Positions 1 through 9,626 of a stretch of 64,000 nt of DNA are shown one piece after another. The notes below the pieces were generated by a model. That model ran no database searches. It was not told the origin of the DNA and saw nothing but the letters and a program-made list of their open reading frames with translations. Origin of the DNA: a virus; IMG/VR virus record IMGVR_UViG_3300030103_003268, positions 30,477-94,476 of that record. One strand, written 5' to 3'. The position numbers and the translations under genes were made by a program. Within the stretch, counting starts at the first letter, position 1; each line of letters starts with the position of its first letter.

Positions 1-2
1 AT

Positions 3-638
3 ATCATACGCAATTACCGTGGTCAAGTAGTATTGACTTCTATTAACCAAAAATCTGTTCCTAAAGAAATTAAGGATATGTGTAAAATAAAAAGAGCAGG
101 TTCTCATAATTTTCTTGAGGAAGAAATTAAAGAAATCGCTCCAAATAGCGAGAGTCCTTTCTCTTTAGATAGAGATACCTATTCTATTGTGAATGGTTTT
201 CTCAAGGAGAGAAATAGAGACTTGGTTGCCGAAATATTATGGTTTAACAAACCATCAGACACACAGATTTTATCATGGTTGTCTGAAAATATGCACCCTA
301 ATAGGTTAATTTTTGTTGATGGAAGAGTTAAGCGAAGATGGAGCCAAAAGTATTTTTATGAAATGCTTGCTTATTCTCATATAGGCGGTTTTGTTGGACA
401 ACTAAATATGCCAAAAAGAAGAGCCTATTCACAGATACCCAAACTAGCGAGAAGATTGGGAGTTAAAAACCAAAGGCTTCTTCCTGATTTATTGAAGGAT
501 GAAGCATTTAAGGAACAAGCAAAAAAGAAACTCAACAATGCTGAGTGTCGTTTGCTTAAAATTGGTGAAAAGAGGCGTAGAAAGAAAACTACGCCAGTAG
601 TAGCCACACAAACAGTATTGGAGGAATACTATGCCTAG
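3..638 (+). CDS. Replication factor C large-subunit-like protein, 5'-truncated by window edge
   Basis: Frame is open from position 3; C-terminal PIP-box-like QTVLEEYY; lies upstream of RFC small subunit. Confidence 0.55.
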   Translation: MIRNYRGQVVLTSINQKSVPKEIKDMCKIKRAGSHNFLEEEIKEIAPNSESPFSLDRDTYSIVNGFLKERNRDLVAEILWFNKPSDTQILSWLSENMHPNRLIFVDGRVKRRWSQKYFYEMLAYSHIGGFVGQLNMPKRRAYSQIPKLARRLGVKNQRLLPDLLKDEAFKEQAKKKLNNAECRLLKIGEKRRRKKTTPVVATQTVLEEYYA

Positions 639-861
639 AACAAGAGGAATGAAACTAGCAATAAAGGAAGCAGAAAAAATTCTAAGAGAAAAAGGGCCGA
701 TGACGGCAGATGAATTAAAGTCTACTTTAATATCTCTACCTAAATTAAAAAATACCTGTATTACTACACATAGATTGGCTCAACATCTTAAAAGAAAGCC
801 CTTTAGTGTATTTGATAGGTTAAATAATAACACTAAGATATATGCAATCGCAGAGGAATAA
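631..861 (+). CDS. Small basic protein, possible winged-helix DNA-binding protein
   Basis: 76 aa; ILREKGPMTADEL pattern typical of wHTH; overlaps upstream gene. Confidence 0.45.
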   Translation: MPRTRGMKLAIKEAEKILREKGPMTADELKSTLISLPKLKNTCITTHRLAQHLKRKPFSVFDRLNNNTKIYAIAEE

Positions 862-863
862 AT

Positions 864-1772
864 ATGTTATGGACAGAAAAATATAGACCAAAAAAATTAA
901 ATGAAGTAATAGGACAAGAACACTTTGTTTCTGATGCAAGAGGTTGGGTTGAAGAAAATAATATGCCCAATATCTTGTTATACGGAAATCCTGGAAATGG
1001 TAAAACAGGAGCAGGATTAACAATTGGAAGAGAAATCTTAGGTGATTCTTTTCAAGATAATTTTGTTGAAGTAAATGCTTCTGATGATAGACGATTAGAG
1101 AATGTGCGAACAACAATTAAGAATATCGCTCAAAGTGGAACAATAGGTGATGCACCATTTAGAATCGTATTATTAGATGAAATGGATGGTATGACAACTG
1201 ATGCCCAAAATGCACTAAAGCGTATCATGGAACGGTATGCAAGTAATATTCGTTTCATTATTACCTGCAACGATAGAAATAAGATTATCTTTGCATTACA
1301 AAGTAGGTGTGCAAATTATCACTTTAAGCCACTCTCTAATGAGGCTGTTTTAGAAGTATTAACTTCAATTCTCAAGGCTGAAGAAATAACCCGATTCTCT
1401 GTTGATGAATTGGACTCCTTTATATATGCTATGAATGGTGATATGCGGAGGGCGATTACAGAACTGCAAGCGGCAAAGGCCAGCAATTCTACCCTCAAAA
1501 GGCAAATTGAAGCGGGATTAAACGAATACAAAAAATTGTTAATGAAAATTGTAAATAAAGAAAAATTCGCATTAAGCACAATACACGATTTCTTACATAA
1601 CGGATTTACTATCCGTGAAATTTGTATTGGCTTGCATGATGCGGTAATTCAAACTGAATTAGAAAGTAATATCAAATTCAAAATTTTAAGAACCATAGGA
1701 GAAAGCGAATGGCGTTCAACCACTATGACTCCCAAGGTTTTAGCATCTTGGCTAATAAGCCAATTATCATAG
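864..1772 (+). CDS. rfcS: Replication factor C small subunit (clamp loader)
   Basis: WTEKYRP, Walker A GNPGNGKT, NASDDR, Walker B LLDEMD, LQSRC, GDMRRAI. Confidence 0.95.
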   Translation: MLWTEKYRPKKLNEVIGQEHFVSDARGWVEENNMPNILLYGNPGNGKTGAGLTIGREILGDSFQDNFVEVNASDDRRLENVRTTIKNIAQSGTIGDAPFRIVLLDEMDGMTTDAQNALKRIMERYASNIRFIITCNDRNKIIFALQSRCANYHFKPLSNEAVLEVLTSILKAEEITRFSVDELDSFIYAMNGDMRRAITELQAAKASNSTLKRQIEAGLNEYKKLLMKIVNKEKFALSTIHDFLHNGFTIREICIGLHDAVIQTELESNIKFKILRTIGESEWRSTTMTPKVLASWLISQLS

Positions 1773-1794
1773 ATTTGGACAAAGAAAAATAAAT

Positions 1795-3030
1795 ATGGAA
1801 GTGAAAAACATGCAAGAAAACATGAAAGCAGAAATTGAAAAGGGCGCACAGGCTATCGGCTTGAGCGTTGAAGAAGCGAAGAACAAGTTTGAAGAGATTT
1901 GTTCCGAAAACAGCATTGAAACAACAAACCCTATCGCTAAGGGTCTTTGGCGAAACTTTGTTGCGAATGTGAAGCGAACACAGAATAACGATGGTGATGA
2001 AAAGAAAGATAATGATTCTTTCTACAAAGCAGCCTTTGGCTTCTTTGTGTCATTGGATGCACCAAGAGACATGATGGCTTGGAACAGAATGAAAGCAAAA
2101 GAGGAATTTATGCGTGATTCTGATAATGCTCTTGAGCAAGGTATTGTGGCTATTGCTTCGCAAAATGCCCTTGGTAAGTGGGTTGTTTCCCGCTATCACA
2201 ATGGAGAATACAATGAGAAGACTATTTCCACTCTTCCTTCGGGAGCAGAAGAAACAGAAGATGGTCGCTTCTTTATCCCATTGGATAATACTGCTACCTA
2301 CATGAATGGTGGTAAAAACAATAATTACGGTAAGCCTCTTCCAGCAGAACAAATGCGACGAAGCGGTATTTTCTTTGGTTCAATTGGAACAGGAGAAATG
2401 AAACCGTATTTCTTCTCCTACAAAAATCAAGGCGGGGTAGATTTTGCACCAAATACTTTTGAATGGGTGCATTTCCTTTGCGTTGCTAACGACAATGGAA
2501 CTGACATTTACGGTGCTAAAGATTTGACTTTTAACAGTCTTTCTCTTAATGCAGAAATGAATCCCGATAATGAACTTTATCGTGATATGTCCACATTTGA
2601 CTTTGAGGACTGTCTGCGAGAAAACTTTGAATCTCATCTTGTTCCTCTCGTTGATATGGATAAAGCACACATTAACCGTCAAGCACTTCCTTCAAAGGAA
2701 CGATACATTATCACAGATGGAACAGTCTGTAATATGAATATGACTCCAACAAAGAACGGAAACAGAATCATTAACTTAACTGATTTAAATGCAGAAATGG
2801 ATTATGACTCTAGCGAGTCGGGCATTACTACTTGCTGGATTCCTGAGCATTTGACTCTTGACTTTGGTATTGGTTCTTCTGTCATAGTAATTGGCCGAAC
2901 AAGCCAAAGAACCACCGATGAAGGAGTTGAACCAACAACTATCAATGTTGCTGGTCTTTACTGCACTGTTCGCCATGGTTCAGTTGTTGAGGTTTCTGTT
3001 CCTGTTGAAGAGGACTTTGACTGGTTTTGA
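1795..3030 (+). CDS. Probable ssDNA-binding (RPA/OB-fold) protein
   Basis: C-terminal OB-fold-like segment (RIINLTD...TTCW...SVIVIGR); acidic-aromatic tail EEDFDWF like SSB tails; replication context. Confidence 0.55.
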   Translation: MEVKNMQENMKAEIEKGAQAIGLSVEEAKNKFEEICSENSIETTNPIAKGLWRNFVANVKRTQNNDGDEKKDNDSFYKAAFGFFVSLDAPRDMMAWNRMKAKEEFMRDSDNALEQGIVAIASQNALGKWVVSRYHNGEYNEKTISTLPSGAEETEDGRFFIPLDNTATYMNGGKNNNYGKPLPAEQMRRSGIFFGSIGTGEMKPYFFSYKNQGGVDFAPNTFEWVHFLCVANDNGTDIYGAKDLTFNSLSLNAEMNPDNELYRDMSTFDFEDCLRENFESHLVPLVDMDKAHINRQALPSKERYIITDGTVCNMNMTPTKNGNRIINLTDLNAEMDYDSSESGITTCWIPEHLTLDFGIGSSVIVIGRTSQRTTDEGVEPTTINVAGLYCTVRHGSVVEVSVPVEEDFDWF

Positions 3031-3093
3031 TTAAAACCAATCGTTGTGTAGTCGTTGGCGTTAATGACGGCCATAGAGGTGCGAAGCCTCTAT
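3022..3093 (+). promoter_or_regulatory. Three tandem hairpins in the intergenic region
   Basis: tggtttt/aaaacca, gtcgttg/taatgac (with G-U pairs), atagagg-tgcgaag-cctctat. Confidence 0.4.
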
Positions 3094-3112
3094 CTTAAAA
3101 AGGTGAAAAAAT

Positions 3113-3409
3113 ATGGAATACATTTACATTAGTAATTTTAATTCAGCGTTTATCGCTGAAGAATTTGTTATTAAGTCTGGTAGTTGGATTATTGATTTGA
3201 AAGATGTTCAATTCATGACTTACCGACTTAATGAAAGAGACGAGACTTCTTATCTTATCAACTTCCACATTGGAAGTAAAGAAACCAAAATAATGGTTGA
3301 TGATATTGAATCTGTAAAAGCGTTATTTAACTCTTGGACAGAGGCTAAAGGATTAGAAGTGGATTTTGAAGAAGAAGATATTAAAGGAGAAGTGAAAAAA
3401 TGGGATTAA
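3113..3409 (+). CDS. Hypothetical protein
   Basis: 98 aa ORF with AGGTGA RBS. Confidence 0.7.
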   Translation: MEYIYISNFNSAFIAEEFVIKSGSWIIDLKDVQFMTYRLNERDETSYLINFHIGSKETKIMVDDIESVKALFNSWTEAKGLEVDFEEEDIKGEVKKWD

Positions 3410-4221
3410 CTAGCAATAAAAATACGAGCGCAGTAGAAGAAGGGATGTCTCAAAATGCAAGAGTTATTGCATTTAGAGACAAACTAGCAAAACAAACGGA
3501 AGGAAGAAAAGCCCGAAGCAACCGTCTTATTTGTGGTGTTTGGGGAGAACCAAAGACAGTTAAAAGCGGTTTGGCTCTTGATTTTCCAAACAAACAAATC
3601 TATGTTTTGGATTGGGATGATGGTTGCGAACCAACTTGGAGACAAAACCATGAAATGACTGATAGGATTACTCTTTGGAATCCTGAAGTCCGAAACAAAA
3701 ATGGTGAATTGGATATTCAAAAGTCGGAAGCAAACTCAGAAGACTTTGTTTTATTTGTTAAATCAAAGATTGAAGAAGGAGAAGATTGTCTTTTTGTTTT
3801 TGACGGCGTAGATAAATGGCTTGATTGTTGCACATTAAATGTGACTGGCTCTTCAAAGATTGGAAAACCACAAAAGATGAAATTTGAATGGGGTAAAAGA
3901 AATGCACCGTTCTATTCTCTTTTGATGATGTGCAAGAATCTTAATTGCGACCAAATCTACATTACGCATTCAAAGGCTGATTATGGTGCAACTGGAGAAG
4001 TTATTGGCTCTAAACCTAACTGGCATAACTGGGGTGATTACCTGTATCAAATTATTACTACGAGAAGAACACGCAAAAAGAATGATGTTGTATATAAGGC
4101 TGAATTACTTAGCAGTAAAACCAACACCGAACTAGTGGGTAGGTCTTGGGAAACATTAACCGTTGGTAGTGGTAAAGTTTCTTGGGAAGGAATATCTGAA
4201 TTGCGTGAGGGATTAATTTGA
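3400..4221 (+). CDS. P-loop ATPase (AAA_24/Sak4/RecA-like recombination protein)
   Basis: Deviant Walker A WGEPKTVKS, VLDWDDG, Walker B FVFDG, YITH. Confidence 0.7.
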   Translation: MGLTSNKNTSAVEEGMSQNARVIAFRDKLAKQTEGRKARSNRLICGVWGEPKTVKSGLALDFPNKQIYVLDWDDGCEPTWRQNHEMTDRITLWNPEVRNKNGELDIQKSEANSEDFVLFVKSKIEEGEDCLFVFDGVDKWLDCCTLNVTGSSKIGKPQKMKFEWGKRNAPFYSLLMMCKNLNCDQIYITHSKADYGATGEVIGSKPNWHNWGDYLYQIITTRRTRKKNDVVYKAELLSSKTNTELVGRSWETLTVGSGKVSWEGISELREGLI

Positions 4222-4985
4222 AGTTCACAATTGATAGTGATACCCTAAAGAAAGCATTAGAAAGCGTTCAAGTAAGAGGCAAAGGAACAACCAATAGTGG
4301 TTTTGGCTCAACTAATTTTGGCACTTATGCCTATTTAGTGGCTGATACTGCTTCTATTGAAATTTGGAATGGAAATGCTACCTTTTGTGTTAAGATTAGT
4401 CTTGATGCTAATGTTGAAGAACAAGGCCGAGTTTGTTTTGATAGTGCAACCGTTATCCCTTATTTGAAAAACTTTGGCGGAGAGGACATCGTTTTCTCGG
4501 TTGGTGATTTCATTGTCATTAACTGCGGGACAAAAAAGGCTTCTATACCTTTGGTTGTTAATCACCCAAACGCTGATGCTATCTCAAGAATCCAAAACAT
4601 GTTGAATCCTGTTTCATATGAGATTCAGCCTCAGACTCTTTTTAACTTTGGTAAATCTAAGTTTGAAGGAGCATTTACGCTCACACAACGACAATTACAG
4701 GATGCAATTAAAGCCTGTGAACTGGTCAAAAGTGGAGTATATAAAATTGATTTTAATAATGGCTTGTTGAATATTTCAACACGACAAGATATTACAAATA
4801 AATACGAAGAAACAATAACTCCTGCTTTCCCTACCGGAGAACCTGCTACGATGGAGTTTAGTTCACCAATCTATGCTTTCTTTGAGAAAGACCAAATGTT
4901 GAATTTTTATGTAAAAGATGACTTTCCTCTTTTAGTAGTAGCCAATGATAGAATACTGTTGAAAGCACCACATATTTCAGGGTGA
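4218..4985 (+). CDS. pcna: DNA sliding clamp (PCNA-like)
   Basis: 255 aa two-domain size, MKFTIDSDTLKKAL start, DFPLLVV...LLKAP end; between RFC and PolB. Confidence 0.7.
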   Translation: MKFTIDSDTLKKALESVQVRGKGTTNSGFGSTNFGTYAYLVADTASIEIWNGNATFCVKISLDANVEEQGRVCFDSATVIPYLKNFGGEDIVFSVGDFIVINCGTKKASIPLVVNHPNADAISRIQNMLNPVSYEIQPQTLFNFGKSKFEGAFTLTQRQLQDAIKACELVKSGVYKIDFNNGLLNISTRQDITNKYEETITPAFPTGEPATMEFSSPIYAFFEKDQMLNFYVKDDFPLLVVANDRILLKAPHISG

Positions 4986-4991
4986 ATAATA

Positions 4992-6680
4992 ATGATAATT
5001 AGTAGAATGAATGATGGAAATAGAATATACAAATCGTGGAGAGAGAACGGAGAGAAGAAATATGAGATTATTCCTTTCCGGCCTTATTTTTATGTAAAGG
5101 AAGACAGCGCAGAACCATTTGAATATAAGCCGAGTAAATATATTAGTCGGGAATTTGAGTATGTTCGTGGTGATTGGGTTAATCTTAACAATGAACCTTT
5201 AAAGAAAGTAATTGTTGAGACTTCTCACGATATGCGAAAAGCAAAGGATATGTTCGGTGAAACCTATGAAGCCGATGTTCCTTTTCACTTTCGGTATTGT
5301 GTAGATGAATTACATGAAATGCCTGAATATAAAATGCGTAAGTGGTATTGGGATATGGAATGGCAACAAGGCGGTGAATATCACGACCAATTGACTACAA
5401 TTGTTGTTTATGATAACTATGATGAAGAATATCTTCAATGGAGTTGGTTTCCTAATGAATTTGAAGAGAATTTATATACGGGTGAAATGGATAAATCAAT
5501 TAGCAATTCATTACCAAAATTTAATTCTTGGGTTTTTGAAACTGAAAAAGATATGATTGAACATTTCTTTACAGAAATGATTATTTACGACCCCGATATG
5601 TTAATTGCTTGGTTTGGTCATTTTGCTGATTTACCAAAGTTGTTTGAACGGGCTTGTGCGGTGGGTCTTGACCCTCGCATTATTTCACCCACGGCGACCA
5701 TTAAGGGAGTAAAGACAGTAAAAGATGGCTATGAGTTTAAATATTCAGAGAAAGGTTTTTCTCCAATTGAACAACCTATTGGTGGGAGAATTACTCTTTC
5801 TTTGGACTTGGCATTTGAAAGACAATGGAATGATTCTCAAAGAGGAACACTACCTTCTCTTTCTCTTGATTATATCGGTGAAACTGTTCTTGATAAGAAG
5901 AAGTTAGTATCGGAAAAGTTTCCAGACACCAATGAATTTTATCGCAGGGCTTGGTTAGAAGATACAGAAACATATCTCAAGTATGCTTTGAGAGATGTTG
6001 AATTGATGGTTGAGATTGATGAAACTAACTTTTGTAGTGAAGCAATCCTTTCTCTTCAACGACTGTTGAAAGCACCATTTGATGCTTGTTTTTATGCAAG
6101 CCATATGGGTTCTATTTACTTTATGCGAAACGCTACTTGGAAAGCACCAACTGGTAGTAAAGTGGATAAAAGACAAGAATACGAAGGTGCGATGATTTAT
6201 GACCCATTAAGTGAAGAAACAAACGGATTACATTTAAATGTAGCCGCCTTTGATTTTGCTGGTCTATATCCTAGTATGATGATTGCTCGCAATATTAGTT
6301 GGGAAACTAAGTCAGTAGAACCTACTGAATTTGCGGTTAATATTCTCACCCCAAGAGACTTTAGCGAAACAAAGCATGAGCAGATACTTTATTACAAAAC
6401 AGATAAACTCGGCCTACTGCCGAGAGCCGTTCTTGAATTGAAGGAGTTGCGAAATGAATATAAACGACTGATGCGAGAGGCAAGAGAAACGGACAATGGC
6501 GAGTATGCAAAGTGGTATAACAATCAAATGGCAGTAAAGCGACTAATGGCCTCTTTTTATGGCATTGTTGCTTTTCAGGGCTTTGGTTGGGCTGATGTTG
6601 ATTTAGCGGCATCTATTACTGCAAGTGCAAGAGAAGCAATTAGATTAGCGGCCTTTGCTGCAAAGGAGATGGAAGAATGA
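4992..6680 (+). CDS. polB: Family B DNA polymerase, N-terminal part (3'-5' exonuclease, motifs A and B)
   Basis: YEADVPF, WDME (ExoI), YALRD (ExoIII), DFAGLYPS (motif A), KRLMASFYG (motif B); motif C absent. Confidence 0.93.
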   Translation: MIISRMNDGNRIYKSWRENGEKKYEIIPFRPYFYVKEDSAEPFEYKPSKYISREFEYVRGDWVNLNNEPLKKVIVETSHDMRKAKDMFGETYEADVPFHFRYCVDELHEMPEYKMRKWYWDMEWQQGGEYHDQLTTIVVYDNYDEEYLQWSWFPNEFEENLYTGEMDKSISNSLPKFNSWVFETEKDMIEHFFTEMIIYDPDMLIAWFGHFADLPKLFERACAVGLDPRIISPTATIKGVKTVKDGYEFKYSEKGFSPIEQPIGGRITLSLDLAFERQWNDSQRGTLPSLSLDYIGETVLDKKKLVSEKFPDTNEFYRRAWLEDTETYLKYALRDVELMVEIDETNFCSEAILSLQRLLKAPFDACFYASHMGSIYFMRNATWKAPTGSKVDKRQEYEGAMIYDPLSEETNGLHLNVAAFDFAGLYPSMMIARNISWETKSVEPTEFAVNILTPRDFSETKHEQILYYKTDKLGLLPRAVLELKELRNEYKRLMREARETDNGEYAKWYNNQMAVKRLMASFYGIVAFQGFGWADVDLAASITASAREAIRLAAFAAKEMEE

Positions 6681-7344
6681 AAGAATGTATTGTATGTAAA
6701 AAAACCTTTACTCATGGTCGTTCCGACAAAAAGGTTTGTAGCCTAGAATGCAAAAAAACTCATCTTAAAGAATATTCTGCTAAATGGAGAAAACAAAATA
6801 AAGAAACTCTTGCGATTAAAAAATCTGAATATCAAAAAAAGAATAGAAAGTATATTACAGAACGAAAGAAAAAATGGCGGGAAACGAAGAGGCCACCATT
6901 GGAAAACATTAAATGTAAGGAATGTAATAAACTCTTTACGCCAACAACGAGGGCTAAAAAAATTATTTTCTGTTCAAGAAAATGTCAGTTTAATAATTGG
7001 CAAAAACAACCTAAAAACAAACTTAATTGGGCAGTTCAAGACGCAGTAAGAAGAGGTATGAAAGGCATTATTCATAAAAGTATATACTTTGAAGGGCTAT
7101 CCTTCACTATGGAAGAACTGAGAACTCATTTAGAAAACCAATTTGATGATTGGATGAATTGGGATAATCACGGTCTTTGGCACATAGACCATATTAAACC
7201 CGTAGCCTCCTTTGATTTTACATCTATGGAGGATGAAGACTTCAAGAAGTGTTGGGCTTTAGAAAACTTACAGCCACTTAAAGACACAGAAAATATGAGA
7301 AAGAATCATTATTACTATAAAGCAAAGGAGATGGAAGTATGAAA
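6660..7344 (+). repeat. 23-bp direct repeat flanking the HNH gene (6660-6682 and 7322-7344)
   Basis: gcaaaggagatggaag[a/t]atgaaa, one mismatch. Confidence 0.85.
6677..7342 (+). CDS. HNH endonuclease with N-terminal Cys-rich zinc-binding repeats (putative homing endonuclease)
   Basis: CIVC..CSLEC, CKEC..CSRKC; WHIDHIKP...NLQPL...ENMRK. Confidence 0.88.
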   Translation: MKECIVCKKTFTHGRSDKKVCSLECKKTHLKEYSAKWRKQNKETLAIKKSEYQKKNRKYITERKKKWRETKRPPLENIKCKECNKLFTPTTRAKKIIFCSRKCQFNNWQKQPKNKLNWAVQDAVRRGMKGIIHKSIYFEGLSFTMEELRTHLENQFDDWMNWDNHGLWHIDHIKPVASFDFTSMEDEDFKKCWALENLQPLKDTENMRKNHYYYKAKEMEV

Positions 7345-7512
7345 ACAAAATACATTACAGTAAAAGTGTCTTATGACACAGAAGAAACATGGGATATTAC
7401 TATGCAAGAAGTGAAAGAGATATTTCAAATGATGAACAATCTTAAACGGAATGCAATCATTACTGATATTGAACAGGGAGTGAATGAAAATGATGATGGA
7501 CAGGACGAATGA
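7339..7512 (+). CDS. Small hypothetical protein (57 aa), not in ORF track
   Basis: MKTKYITVKVSYDTEETWDITMQ...GQDE; ATGA overlap with HNH stop. Confidence 0.65.
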   Translation: MKTKYITVKVSYDTEETWDITMQEVKEIFQMMNNLKRNAIITDIEQGVNENDDGQDE

Positions 7513-7621
7513 ATTGCTGGAGGAATTATTGATGATGATTAGCAGAAGCAATAAAATATTAATGATGGTTAATGTAGTTAATATCGCAACAATTATTACA
7601 TTACTGGTGGTGGTATTATGA
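7484..7621 (+). CDS. Small protein with C-terminal transmembrane segment (45 aa), not in ORF track
   Basis: MKMMMDRTNELLEELL...NVVNIATIITLLVVVL; overlaps neighbours. Confidence 0.6.
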   Translation: MKMMMDRTNELLEELLMMISRSNKILMMVNVVNIATIITLLVVVL

Positions 7622-7812
7622 AGGATGAAGAATTTTACTTTGAAACATTGAAAGAAATAAAGAAAATGAAAGAGCACCTAGAAGAAGAATTAGAGGACTT
7701 AGAAATCAAACTGCGTTCTCTTAAATTAGTTAAAAGACAGATTATGGAACTTCAAGATGAAGTTGCTAAAATGCAAAAACAACCTGTTGGTATGCTTTTT
7801 ACTTTGAGATGA
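7618..7812 (+). CDS. Small coiled-coil protein
   Basis: 64 aa heptad-rich ORF, ATGA overlap. Confidence 0.6.
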   Translation: MKDEEFYFETLKEIKKMKEHLEEELEDLEIKLRSLKLVKRQIMELQDEVAKMQKQPVGMLFTLR

Positions 7813-7816
7813 TAAT

Positions 7817-8710
7817 ATGAAAGTAGTTTATGGACATACAGATTCTATCTATGTGCAGATAGATTCGGTGGAACAAGCACAAAAATCAATTAAAAAGATT
7901 GAGGCAAAAGTGCGTGAGAGTTTTCCTAATGTAATGGGATTAGACAATCATCCTGTTGTTCTTGAGTTTGAGAAGTATTATTCGGCATTGGGTGTAGGAA
8001 CAACCAAAAACAGAAATGCAGGTTTAGTATCTTGGGAAGATGGAGAATGGTTAGAAAAGCCAAAGTTTAGCATGACTGGCTTTACGGCAAAGCGAGTTAG
8101 TGAAACAAAATTAGCAAAGAGAGTTCAAACTAATACTCTTAAAATGTGGGTTGAAGGTAAAACACAAGCAGAAATTGTGCAATACTTACACAGAGAATAT
8201 ACAACCGTTCTTGATGGGCAGATTAGCATAATGCCTCTTATTAAAAGAAGTCGTCTAAGGAAAAATCGTTTCACAGTAAAATGCCCTGAATGTAAAACAC
8301 AGTATCATTTGCGTGATTGTGTTCATTTAAAGCATGAAGTTTGTGAAAAGTGCGCTACTCCAACAAAACAATTTACTACTCTTGAGGGAAAGAAGCCGAC
8401 AATTGGTTCAGGTATTGCTGGCGTTTTATATGCTTGGGAAAAGAAAGATGCTAATTTTGATGACTCTTATATTTACTTAAAAGTAAAGGGTGTAAATGAT
8501 TTTTATACGCATCCTTTAACGCATGAAAGGCGAGAAGTTGAATACATATCAGGCACAACCGCTAAGGATTTAGGCAGTTGTAGAGCAGACTTAGCCTTCT
8601 ATTCGCAACAGGTTATCAAGAAGGCGGAACCCATTTTCAAGGCTATGGGATGGGACACATCGGCCATACGCACAGGAAAAATACAGTCAAGCCTTGACGA
8701 ATGGTGGTGA
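7817..8710 (+). CDS. polB: Family B DNA polymerase, C-terminal part (motif C, thumb, Zn-finger insert, PIP box)
   Basis: VVYGHTDSIYV (motif C), LEFEK, KNRNAG, CPEC/CEKC, C-terminal QSSLDEWW. Confidence 0.92.
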   Translation: MKVVYGHTDSIYVQIDSVEQAQKSIKKIEAKVRESFPNVMGLDNHPVVLEFEKYYSALGVGTTKNRNAGLVSWEDGEWLEKPKFSMTGFTAKRVSETKLAKRVQTNTLKMWVEGKTQAEIVQYLHREYTTVLDGQISIMPLIKRSRLRKNRFTVKCPECKTQYHLRDCVHLKHEVCEKCATPTKQFTTLEGKKPTIGSGIAGVLYAWEKKDANFDDSYIYLKVKGVNDFYTHPLTHERREVEYISGTTAKDLGSCRADLAFYSQQVIKKAEPIFKAMGWDTSAIRTGKIQSSLDEWW

Positions 8711-9626
8711 AAATATGAACACAGATGAAAAATACGAAGCAAGAATTAACTCAATGAGGCCATTTACCTATGATTGGAAAGCAGAAGATTATGACGACCC
8801 TTCAAAACCAATTCTAAAAATTAGCAAGTCTTCTCTTGTTGGTGCGTTTGCTTGGTGCAATAAAAAATATGAATTTTCATATATTCAAAGATTGCCTCAA
8901 GACCAAACAGAAGCCATGAGAAAGGGAACAATTCTTCACAATAACCGTGAAGAATTTTTTAATGTGTTTGATATTAAGAAAGCCGAAAGTATGAATAATA
9001 CTGAAGTGCTTGAGTATTGCACATCACTTATGCCTATTGATGATTATTTTGATATTTCCTTGACTGTTGCTGCATTTGAAGCACAACGGTTTATAGAAGC
9101 AAGAAGTGAAGGAAGAGTTGATGAATACTTACCTGTTATTAACGAGCGAATGTTTGATTGTGAAATTACTGTTCCTCAAAATGTAAGTAAGAAATATCCT
9201 TTACAAAGGGATTATGTTGTGAGACTTCAAGGGATTATTGACCGTGTGTTTATTGAAAACGGCAAATTGATTCCGTTTGAATATAAAACAGGCGGTTGGA
9301 AAGACTCAAAGTATAGCAGTATGCGTCAAGAGATGGCTTTCTATCAAGTGATGATTGAAAATGCTCCCGAAGAAGTGCTTGAAAAACACGGCCTAACAAA
9401 AGACATGGAAGTATCTCATTGGGGTTGGTATTATCCAGCCGCTAATCACATCACTGTTGAACCAGTTAAAAAGCGGTCAATGACTGCACTTTGGGATAAT
9501 ATTGCTAAGTTGATTTACACTTATGAACAAGGGGAATTTCCCACTAGTTTCTGGAGACAAACCTGTTCTAATTGGTGTTCCTTTTATGGTATTTGTCCTG
9601 CGGCACAAGAGGATGCGTGGTTATAA
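8694..9626 (+). CDS. Cas4/RecB-like PD-(D/E)XK exonuclease with Fe-S cysteines
   Basis: GTILH, GIIDRV...EYKTG, QxxxY, one N-terminal plus three C-terminal Cys (CSNWCSFYGIC); start may be at 8715. Confidence 0.85.
   Translation: MTNGGENMNTDEKYEARINSMRPFTYDWKAEDYDDPSKPILKISKSSLVGAFAWCNKKYEFSYIQRLPQDQTEAMRKGTILHNNREEFFNVFDIKKAESMNNTEVLEYCTSLMPIDDYFDISLTVAAFEAQRFIEARSEGRVDEYLPVINERMFDCEITVPQNVSKKYPLQRDYVVRLQGIIDRVFIENGKLIPFEYKTGGWKDSKYSSMRQEMAFYQVMIENAPEEVLEKHGLTKDMEVSHWGWYYPAANHITVEPVKKRSMTALWDNIAKLIYTYEQGEFPTSFWRQTCSNWCSFYGICPAAQEDAWL

Noticed and set aside
3040-3095. tRNA gene
   Set aside because: Only a T-arm-like hairpin; no acceptor stem or anticodon arm could be folded.
8694-9626. Cas4-like gene as part of a CRISPR system
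   Set aside because: No other cas genes or repeat-spacer array; stand-alone Cas4-like nucleases are common in viral replication modules.
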